Shown here piece after piece: positions 36,027-45,720 of a stretch of DNA of 63,825 nt. The stretch lies in the NCBI RefSeq assembly GCF_030684315.1, contig NC_081354.1, positions 52,480,434 through 52,544,258 on the forward strand, written 5' to 3'. The notes under the pieces were generated by a model. That model did no database searches. It saw only the letters and a list, made by a program, of their open reading frames with translations, and was not told where the DNA came from. This DNA comes from Stegostoma tigrinum. Taxonomy: Eukaryota. The number at the start of each line of letters is the position of its first letter. Position 1 is the stretch's first letter. Position numbers and translations under genes: made by a program.

Positions 36027-37345
36027 TAGAACATAGAACATAGAACATAGAACAGTACAGCACAGAACAGGCCCTTCAGCCCACAATGTTGTGCCGACCA
36101 TTGATCCTCATGGATGCACCCTCAAATTTCTGTGACCATATGCATGTCCAGCAGTCTCTTAAATGACCCCAATGACCTTGCTTCCACAACTGCTGCTGGC
36201 AACGCATTCCATGCTCTCACAACTCTCTGCGTAAAGAACCTGCCTCTGACATCCCCTCTATACTTTCCACCAACCAGCTTAAAACTATGACCCCTCATGC
36301 TAGCCATTTCTGCCCTGGGAAATAGTCTCTGGCTATCGACTCTATCTATGCCTCTCATTATCTTGTATACCTCAATTAGGTCCCCTCTCCTCCTCCTTTT
36401 CTCCAATGAAAAGAGACCGAGCTCAGTCAACCTCTCTTCATAAGATAAGCCCTCCAGTCCAGGCAGCATCCTGGTAAACCTCCTCTGAACCCTCTCCAAA
36501 GCATCCACATCTTTCCTATAATAGGGCGCCCAGAACTGGACGCAGTATTCCAAGTGCGGTCTAACCAAAGTTTTATAGAGCTGCAACAAGATCTCACGAC
36601 TCTTAAACTCAATCCCCCTGTTAATGAAAGCCAAAACACCATATGCTTTCTTAACAACCCTGTCCACTTGGGTGGCCATTTTAAGGGATCTATGTATCTG
36701 CACACCAAGATCCCTCTGTTCCTCCACGCTGCCAAGAATCCTATCCTTAATCCTGTACTCAGCTTTCAAATTCGACCTTCCAAAATGCATCACCTCGCAT
36801 TTATCCAGGTTGAACTCCATCTGCCACCTCTCAGCCCATCTCTGCATCCTGTCAATGTCCCGCTGCAGCCTACAACAGCCCTCTACACTGTCAACGACAC
36901 CTCCGACCTTTGTGTCGTCTGCAAACTTGCTGACCCATCCTTCAATTCCCTCGTCCAAGTCATTAATAAAAATTACAAACAGTAGAGGCCCAAGGACAGA
37001 GCCCTGTGGAACCCCACTCACCACTGACTTCCAGGCAGAATATTTTCCTTCTACTACCACTCGCTGTCTTCTGTTGGCCAGCCAATTCTGTATCCAAGCA
37101 GCTAAGTTCCCCTGTATCCCATTCCTCCTGACCTTCTGAATGAGCCTTCCATGGGGAACCTTATCAAATGCCTTACTGAAGTCCATATACACCACATCCA
37201 CAGCTTGACCCTCATCAACCTTACTAGTCACATCCTCAAAAAACTCGATAAGGTTTGTAAGGCATGACCTACCCCTCACAAAGCCGTGTTGACTGTATTT
37301 GATCAAGCCATGCTCTTCCAGATGGTCATAAATCTTATCCCTCAT
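36027..37345 (-). mobile_element. Young 5'-truncated CR1 LINE with a (TCTATGT)n tail
   Basis: Open RT frame, 3'UTR, and tandem AGAACAT repeats at ~36028-36054 on the + strand. Confidence 0.93.
36122..37345 (-). CDS. CR1 ORF2 reverse transcriptase, C-terminal part (open; endonuclease domain missing)
   Basis: SQHGF, DFSKAFDKV, GVPQGSVLGPLLF, KFADDTK, DLGV, RPHLEYCVQFW; no stops over ~400 codons. Confidence 0.8.
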   Translation of the reverse strand: MRDKIYDHLEEHGLIKYSQHGFVRGRSCLTNLIEFFEDVTSKVDEGQAVDVVYMDFSKAFDKVPHGRLIQKVRRNGIQGNLAAWIQNWLANRRQRVVVEGKYSAWKSVVSGVPQGSVLGPLLFVIFINDLDEGIEGWVSKFADDTKVGGVVDSVEGCCRLQRDIDRMQRWAERWQMEFNLDKCEVMHFGRSNLKAEYRIKDRILGSVEEQRDLGVQIHRSLKMATQVDRVVKKAYGVLAFINRGIEFKSREILLQLYKTLVRPHLEYCVQFWAPYYRKDVDALERVQRRFTRMLPGLEGLSYEERLTELGLFSLEKRRRRGDLIEVYKIMRGIDRVDSQRLFPRAEMASMRGHSFKLVGGKYRGDVRGRFFTQRVVRAWNALPAAVVEARSLGSFKRLLDMHMVTEI

Positions 37346-37434
37346 ATGTTTGGTAACACTCCCCAGGACCTTACCATTAAGTGTATAAGTCCTGCTGTGA
37401 TTTGCCCTACCAAATGTAGCATATATCAATAAAG

Positions 37435-38030
37435 TTGCCTCTCATTCTTGTAAATTCCAATGAGTACAAGCCCAATCTACTCACCTGTCCTCCTAAGACA
37501 GTCTCTCCATACCTGTTACAAAGACAAAGTTGCTGGAAAAGCCCAGCAGGTCTGGGAGCATCTGTGAAGGAAAAAGACGGAGTTAATGTTTCTGGTCTGG
37601 TGACCCTTCCTCAGAACTGATGGTGGCTGGGAAAGTGCCAGTTTACGTGCAGAAAATACCTCCATACCTGTTATCAGTTCAGTAAACCCACGTTGGACTG
37701 CATTCAATGCCAGTAAGTCTTTCCTTAGGGAAGGAGCCAAAACTGTTCATAGTATTCCAGCTGTTGTTTGATGCATGCCTCGTATAATTTTAGCAAAACA
37801 TCTCTACTTTTCTATTCTGTTCCCTTTGAAATAAAGGCCAGCATTCCATTTGCCTTCCCTATTACCCACTGAACTTGGATGATAATATTTGTGTTTTATA
37901 CAAGCGTACTCGCAAATCCCTGTCTTCTGCAGCTTTTGGCTGTCTTTCTCCAGTTAAATAATATTCAGATCTTCTATTCTTCCTGCTAAAATATATAATC
38001 TTTACATTTCCATACATTATATTTTTACTG
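37435..38030 (-). mobile_element. Old CR1 fragment with a PLE-end insertion at ~37517-37620
   Basis: APSLRKDLLALNAVQRGFTELITGM; embedded minus-strand CTGAGGA-A-GGGTC...GACC-A-GAAA. Confidence 0.6.
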
Positions 38031-39469
38031 AGAACTGAAGGTAAAGTTTCAAGAGATTTCTTAGAACTCATCACCAAAATGTACAGGGTGAATGAAATGG
38101 CCAGGAATATAACTGACCTTGTTATTAAAACACTTCTGCTTGTTTTCTAATTGTTCCATGCCCCTCTGCTCTTGATTCAATAACTAGGTTTACATGGCCT
38201 TATCATATTTTGTGAGGTTTGCCATGTATGACAAGAATAATATGGAGATCTCTTATTACAAATTGTAATGTGTTCACGTCTCATCGTGCAGTGTTAATTC
38301 TCTTGAACCTTCCTGATGTGTGTATAGTATAGTAGAGATGATCATTAACTGCCACTTATGTGGTATGAATGTTCCTTGCTACTTATCAGACCGGGTCCAA
38401 ATGTTGTCCAGGCCATATTGATACAGACTACTTCAACATCCATAAGAGTTGTGAAACATACCAAATATAATGCACTAATCAACAATGAACATTCCCAGTT
38501 CTGAACCTTATACAGAAGGAAGATCATTGACACAGCTGAAAATATTTGTGCCTAGGCCATTGCATTGATGAACTCTGGACTTAATGCTTTGGGACAGAGA
38601 TGATTGTTCACTTGATTCTCAGTGAATTCAGTTTTATCAGGTTTCCTGAATGACATCCTCAGTCAAATGCTGCCATGATATCATTTGTTCACCCTCTCTC
38701 TTCATTTCTGATTCCCTCTGATTTACAGGAATGGAGGTGCAGTCTGTATTGAGAGTGACCAAGATGAGTGAGAGTAATGATTTTATTGGTGTCAGGGACA
38801 TCAAAACTGGAAGCGGGGTGTGTGTTTGAGCAAATCTACTGCAGAAATGTTATGGCAAACCAAAGGCTAGCCAGTTGGCAGTTTGAAAATTCTGTTCTAA
38901 GTGAATTAAGCTACAGTTTCCTTTTTTTCCCACCATGGGAGAATGCAGAAGGAAGTGAGTTTTAGGCATGGATGAGAAATTTCAGAAGTGTGTGACTTAA
39001 GAATGTTTTTGAAGTGGCCTTATTCAGTGGTTAATAATTTTGGCCAGATGGCGCATGTGAGATGGATCAAGGAGATAACTGTGAACATTGGGGGTTGGAG
39101 AGTTTATTATAGCAGAAGAGATTTAGGGGAGGATGAGAGGACTGTGAAGTAGCTAGGATATAATGAATTGAGCTGGAGGTTGAAATTACTGAAGTAACTT
39201 GGTGCAGAGACTGAAGGAGGAAAACATTGAAGGTAAGATTTTTGTTGTATTTGTGAAGCCATGGAATGGTAATTTTGAATAAGAGATGAGAGGAGTGGAA
39301 CAAGGTGAGGTGCTTAAGAAAAAAGAAAATGTCAGATTAGTATGTCGTCATGTTAGTGAAATCTGGCGTTTGGCACTGCATTGCCCCTGTGTGAATCTTG
39401 GCGTGGCAACAGGTGGACTACTTAGCCAGGCAGGAAGATTTTATTAAAAAGAATAAATGTCAACAGCGG

Positions 39470-40246
39470 AGATAGTAGGAACTGCCGATGCTGGAGAATC
39501 TGAGATAACAAGGTGTAGAGCTGATGAACACGGCAGGCCAGGCAGCATCAGAGGAGCAGGAAAGCTGACGTTTCAGATCGAGACCCTTCTTCAGAAATGG
39601 GGGAGGGGAAGGGGATTCTCAAATAAATAAAGGGAAAGGGGGAGTCGGATGGAAGATAGATGGAGGGGAGACGGACAAGTCAAGGGGTCAGGGATGGAGC
39701 CAATAAAGGTGAATGTAGGTGGGAGTTAGGATGGGGTTTGGTCAGTCAAAGGAAGACTGACAGGTCAAGGAGGCAGTGATGAGGCTGGTAGGTTGGGGTT
39801 GTGGGTGGTGTAGGTCAGTGAGGTGAGAGGAGCAGATAGTTGGGAGAAAAGACGGACAGGTCAAGGAGGTGGGGTCAAGCTGGGCTGGTTTTGGCATGAG
39901 GTTGGGGGGGTAGAGAGATTTTGAAGCTTGTGAAGTCCACATTGAGACCATTGGGCTGCAGGGTTCCCAAGCGGAATATGAGCTGCTGTTCCTGCAACCT
40001 TCGGGTAGCATTGTTGTGGCACTAGAGGAGGCCCACAATGGACATGTCAACCAAGGAGCGGGAGAGGGAGTTGAAGTGGTTCACGACCGGGAGGTGCAGT
40101 CGTTTGTCATGAACCAAGCTTAGGTGTTACACAAAGTGGTTTCCAAGCCTCTGCTTTCTTAAGAAGGGTCCAGACCTGAAACGTCACCTCTCCTGCTCCT
40201 CTGATCCTGCTTGGCCTGCTGTGTTCATCCAACTATACACCTTGTT
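39470..40246 (-). mobile_element. Penelope-like 3' fragment with an inverted terminal repeat
   Basis: Minus-strand GIY-YIG C-terminus; terminal repeat at 39470-39596 and its inverted copy at ~40160-40246. Confidence 0.85.
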
Positions 40247-41231
40247 AAACAGCCTCCACCAACTTTCTGTTAAGGTCATGCAATCAATCAGTGTGTTCAA
40301 AGTATGCCAAAGGCTTTGTTCATAAATGAATTGCCATTCTGAGGGGAGATGTATAGAGAGGTGGTGAGACTTCATCTGGCAGAGTTCACAATGTTGAAAG
40401 TGGGAGGAGAAACTTTAACAGTAAGGAGATTGACAAGATAAGCCGTCAGTAGTGACAGAGATGGACTGAACTGTTTGCTGTTTGTAGTGAGCCAGCAGAA
40501 ACTCTGTTGATGAGCACTTTGGAGGATACCAGGATATACACAGAAGCTGACGTTTTGGGCCTATACACAGAAGCTGGTGGCTCATGTAACAGGAAATTGA
40601 GCCTGAGGTGATGACAAAAAAGTTTGAGGAGTTTTGAATAATTAATGTCAGGAATTGACAGGACAGAAGAAGTGAAAGGAGATATTATAGAAACAAAAGG
40701 GTTTTGCAAGGTTAAAAGAGAAAAACAATAGGAAAAAAATGCAAAAACAGATTTGAAGTGCTGGACTTGGGACTGGAGCAACACCCAAAATGTGCAAGTA
40801 AATGGACTTGGAGAAAAAAATTAAACTGAAGACCAGTTTACATAAAAATGAAAGTAAAGGCGATCTCCTGGACTAGTTTCAATTACAATGGGGTACTACG
40901 TTTTAGATATTGGAAGTCATATTAATGATTTTCTGAAATAGACAGTGTCAGTATAAAGAGAAAATATTCTATGTGTGCTTTGTTTATTAAGTCTTCTCTG
41001 TCAGCAAATCTGGGAGAGGAGTTTTCAACCTTTACCTCAATTCATTATATTCTCTCCAAGAGAGCCATTTTGTGTTGGACGAGAAGTTTAAGGTACTTTG
41101 CTTTTGTTGTTCATATCCTGCTGCTCTTCACAAGGTCAGAGTAAACAAAGGCAGGTTTACAGTAAACAAAAGGAGGAGCTGTTATCTTGTGACTTAGTCA
41201 TGCAATACCAGAAATCACCGTCTCACAACTA

Positions 41232-41687
41232 GGGTGGCATGGGGGCTCAGTGGTTAGTATTAGGGACCAGGGTTTGATTCCACCCTCAGGTGACTTTCTG
41301 TGTGCAGTTTACACATTCTACTCAGGCCTGCGTGGGTTCCCTCCAGGTACTCCAGTTTCCTCCCACAGTCGAAAGATGTGCAGATAGTAGGAACTGCCGA
41401 TGCTGGAGAATCTGAGATAACGGGGTGTAGAGCTGGATGAACACAGCAGGCCAAGCAGCATCAGCGGAGCAGGAAAGCTGACGTTTTGGGTCTAGACCCT
41501 TCTTCAGAAAACTTTACCAAAGATGTGCAAGCTAGGTGGATTGACCATGCTAAATTGCCTGTAGTATTCAGGGATGTGTAAATTAGGTGGATTTTTTGAG
41601 ATGGGTCTGGGTCCGGGTGAGATGCTGTGGGGGTCCGTGTGGACTTGTCAGGCCGAAGGGCCTGTTTCCACACTGTAGGGATTCTGT
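41232..41687 (+). mobile_element. V-SINE/HE1-type SINE interrupted by a solo PLE terminal repeat (41383-41518)
   Basis: SINE head, V-domain and tail are collinear across the insert; TSD AAAGATGTGCA at 41372-41382 and 41519-41529. Confidence 0.85.
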
Positions 41688-42542
41688 GAACTCCAGTTAT
41701 CTGACCTGTGTTCATGCTGTGGATCATTGGTGTTTCTCTGATTTGGAGTTGTACTTATTCTCACACTTAGAAAGTTCTAGTTCTATGTACAATGTGAAAT
41801 GAAATGTAAAAGTAGAAACCGAAGTGTTTCTTGAGGGTCAATCTACTTGGTTGGCAGTTGTTGACTCATATTGTCCCAACTGTAAAAAAACAATGCATGC
41901 GACCAGCTGAGGAGTGGTGAATCAGTTCCCCTCTTTTCAACTTTCTCAGTTAATGATAACAAAGACTTAAGTTCTTTTTCGCATGCGGTTATATATACCT
42001 CAGTTTGAAATGTAGTATCCAATTTCTACCATATCTGATAAAAACCAATCACAAGAGTTTCTCAAGTGAAATAGAGACCATTTTTAAAATTATAATCATC
42101 AGGGAGGTGGTACTGAGCAAATTGATGGAGCTCATGGGATAGTTGATTTTAATTTTTCAAAGTTCCCTAGATTCAAGAAGAGCCCAATAGCCAGGAAGAT
42201 TGTGGGTGTAACTCTTTTGCTCAATCAGCCAGGGTTAACAAAACAGAAATTGCTGGTGAAGCTCAGCAGGTCTGGCAGCATCTGTGAGAATAGAGCAGAG
42301 TTAACATTTTGAGTCCGATGTCTTCAGAACTATTAGCCAGGAGAGAGGATTTATGCTGAAGAAGTAGTTGGGGGCAAGAGGTGAGTGGATAGATGGTGAT
42401 GGACCCCTGAGAGAGAGATATGAAAGGGGTATGTAAAGAATGATATTAAGGATAGCAGCCCAGAACAGTCGAAAAGTTGGATAAGTGATCTAAGAGCTAA
42501 GAGTAGGAGAGAATGGGTGAGCGGTGATGAAAGCAACCATAG

Positions 42543-44040
42543 AGGGAGGCGATGGCCTGGTGGTATTATAGCTAGACTGTTACACCTGAAACTCAGCTAA
42601 TGTTCCAGGATCCTGAGTTTGAATCGTACCACGGCAGATAATGGAATTTAAGTTCAATTTTAAAAATCTGGAATTAAGAATAGATTGATTGCCATGAAAC
42701 CACTATTGAAAAAACCCATTTGGCTCACCAATGTCTTTCAGGGAAGCAAATCTGCCATTCTTACCTAATCAGGCCTATATGTGACTCCAGACTGACAGCA
42801 AGGCGGTTGACAGATACCCTCTGAACTGGTCGAACAATCCATTCAGTTGTCTCAATGAAGAAATAAAACTGGACCCAGCAGCTGACATTAACCTAGACCC
42901 TGGAAAAGACAATGGCAGAAACAGCCCTGTTTGATACTGCAGTGTCCTTCTTACTAACATATGGTAGCTAGTACCAAAATTAGGAGAGCTGTCTCACAGT
43001 CTAGTCAAGCAACAGTCTGACATTGTCTGTCAGATATGATTTCGTGAGAATGACTTTGTCCCAGACACCTGGGATTACTATCCCTGGGTATGTTCTGTCC
43101 CACCAGCAGGACAGATCTAGCAGAGGTGGCAGAACACTGGTATACAGCCAGGAGAGAGTTCCCTGAGAGTCCTCAACATTGACTCGGGTCAACATGAAGT
43201 CTCATGGCTTCAGATTAAACACAGGCAAGGAAACCTCCTGCTAGTTACCATGTACTGCCCTTCCTTAGCTGACGAATCAGTACTCCTCCATGTTGAACAA
43301 CACTTGGAGGAAGCACTAAAGGTGGCAAGTGTGTGAAATATACTCTGAGCTTGGCAGCAACACTACTGGTTGGATCCTAAAGGACATTGCTGCAGACCCA
43401 ATCTAGCAGCTGGTGGTGAGGCTGCCAACAAGAGGGAACAGTACACTTAACCTAATTTTTATCAGTGTAATAGCTGCAGGTACATCTGTCCATGTCAGTA
43501 CCGGTAAGGGTGACTACCACAAAGTCCTTATGGAGATGAATTCCCGCCTTCACATTGAGAATACCCTCCATTGTGGTGTGTAGCATGTAGCACAATTACT
43601 GTGCTAAATGGGACAGACTTCAAACAGATCTCGCAGCTCAAAACTGGGCATCCATGAGGTGCTGTGGGCCAGCAGCAGAATTGTACTCCAGCACAATCTG
43701 CAAATTCATGGCCTGGCATACCACCCCTCAACTGTTACATTCAAGCCATGAGATCAACCCTGGCTCAATAGAAAATGCAGGAGGGCACGCCTGGAGAAGC
43801 CACCCGTTTTATCTGCAGCTCTCCTTGAAAAGTTGACTTCTCCTTTTCTCCAAACGCTGTATGGCTTGCTATGTTCTTCCAGCCTCCTTGATTGTCTACC
43901 GTGGATTCCAGCATCTGCAGTTTTTTTAGTCTTTCATCAATGACATTACCTCTTGAATAATGTCAGAAGTGGGGATGTTAGCTGATAATTGCACAATGTT
44001 TGTCATCATTCGCGACTCCTCAGTTACTAAAGCATCCACC
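42543..44040 (+). mobile_element. Non-LTR element with a tRNA-like 5' head, a decayed APE endonuclease region and an RT remnant
   Basis: The head is homologous to the SINEs at 22833 and 35000 and continues into LVPKLGELSH.LVKQQ.D, IPGYVLSHQQDRSSRGG, then FIND and VGMLADNCTM near 43935-44000. Confidence 0.75.
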
Positions 44041-44968
44041 CTGCCTAATACTCTTATAAATTTATAGATTTCTGAGATTCCCCCCCCCACCAGGTTTTAA
44101 AATTGGACAATACCGTTTGAAAATTAGTATTTCATATTTTATCACCATCAGACATTGTATATGATGTGAGGTGGAGAACACTGAGAACAGCGTAAGGAGA
44201 GAAGGCAGACATGAACAAAATTAAAATGATTGTAGATTAGAACCTGCTTGATGGCTTCACACTGCAGTCAGACTGTAAGGAGAACTTGATGTGAGACTGT
44301 ACACGAGGCCTTATTGTGCCTTATTTGCCCCCCTTCCTTTCCACTTTTAATTTGAGAGCTTAAATCTACATTGAACATTATTCTTGTTCAGGCGTATTTC
44401 CTTACATTCTGTTTAAAACATATGACAAGATTTTATGTTAATTTATCTATTCAATCAGTTCAGGTTCATGTAAGTACAGAGTGCTTGTAATCCAATATTG
44501 TCTTGATGTGCACTGGTTCAGCCAAAGTGCAGTGTAATTTGGAGCTGAGTCAGATTCTCTGCACTTAATGTCGTTACTAGTGTATACTGAGCTTTAACAT
44601 TAAAATTGGACAATGCAAATAATTACTTATTACAACAAAGGTTATATGCATGAAAAAAATCAATCACCCCCAAAGATCCAACTATTCAGAGTTTTTTCAT
44701 GAATTCATATTAATACCGACTAAGATGAATAAAACTGATGGCATTATACACTTTTTTTCATTTGCAGGATATTCAGTATTGCATTGTGCTGGATTGTTTG
44801 TTGCGTGTTATTGTAGATATTACTTTCACTTCATTACAAGAATTGTAATGCGCACCTCCATAAAGAGAAACAGTTTAAATAGAACAGTTTGGTGCAACAT
44901 GCCTAGTTCGTTGTGTGGCTGCTATGTTAACAGAAGAATCATGTTGTAAGACTTGTTGCAAATGATTT

Positions 44969-45063
44969 CTGAAGAAGGGTCTAGGCCCAAAACGCCAACC
45001 TTCCTGCTCCTCTGATGCTGCTTGGCCTGGTGTGTTCATCCAGCTCTACACCCCGTTATCTCT
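44969..45063 (+). mobile_element. Solo PLE terminal repeat
   Basis: CTGAAGAAGGGTCTAGGCCC(A)AAAC...gatgctgcttggcctg...ttatctc. Confidence 0.8.
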
Positions 45064-45129
45064 TGTCATTTGATGTTCTCTTTGAGTATCAGTATGTAAG
45101 CTTGGATTCCAAAATACCTTTAAAATTTG

Positions 45130-45720
45130 CTGTCGTTTGCACGGCTACGGACCCTACGAGAATGGTCAGATATCTACTGGAAATGCCGTCAATCTCCCAG
45201 TAGCCAAAGAAATCTGTCTGGGAGATGAGAATGGGCCTCTTTCCTTGTTTGTGTGTGTCCATCTTGCTCATGTATATGATAGGAGTGAGGGAGAAGGGCA
45301 CGCCTGTTCTTTCCGTCTCAATTCAGTCGGTAAACAGGGGAGCGGTGGATGGGGAGGTTCTGATATCCTGAAAGACCGGGCCACTGGTCCCAGCGGAATG
45401 GTCAGGGAAGGATAGAAAGGGGTGGTCACCGGTGCCGGCCGTGACAAGGGAAGACGCGGAGGCCTTGACACTCGGCTCCCCTCTACGTCGCTTCCGTTGG
45501 CTTCTCTCGTGATGTCATTTCCGCCGGTTTTAGTCCACCCCGTGCTGGCTGTTTGAGGTGTTTTTGAAGTCAGCAGTACTCCATTAAGGACTTTTGTCAG
45601 ATCATCAGGTAGAGTTAGTACTGCTAATGTTCCTGATCCTTGAGAGTTTAAAAAACGAGCACAGAATATAGACCAACGTTTGAGTCGAACGCTGTACGGT
45701 CAAAAATGCTGTCTTTCAGA
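45130..45720. promoter_or_regulatory. Orphan CpG-rich, promoter-like island
   Basis: About 29 CpGs counted by eye in ~570 bp, with no resemblance to the repeats in the window. Two ETS-CRE-like composites on the minus strand at 45483-45524. Confidence 0.55.

Larger units (their letters stand above)
35345..37430 (-). mobile_element. Older CR1 3' fragment split by a younger CR1 (host pieces 35345-36026 and 37346-37430)
   Basis: The host frame ...RTYTLNGKVLGSV resumes as KDLAVQVHSSLKVESQV on the other side of the insert. Confidence 0.75.

Noticed and set aside
36554-37139. Plus-strand 143-aa and 171-aa ORFs
   Set aside because: Antisense shadows of the CR1 RT frame.
45089-45471. Three short ORFs in the CpG-rich island as a viral or nested protein gene
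   Set aside because: No recognisable motif, and short ORFs are expected in GC-rich sequence. A BLAST search is needed to exclude it fully.
45508-45640. Box C/D snoRNA (GTGATGT ... CTGA)
   Set aside because: Box C is imperfect, there is no terminal stem, and I recognised no rRNA or snRNA guide.
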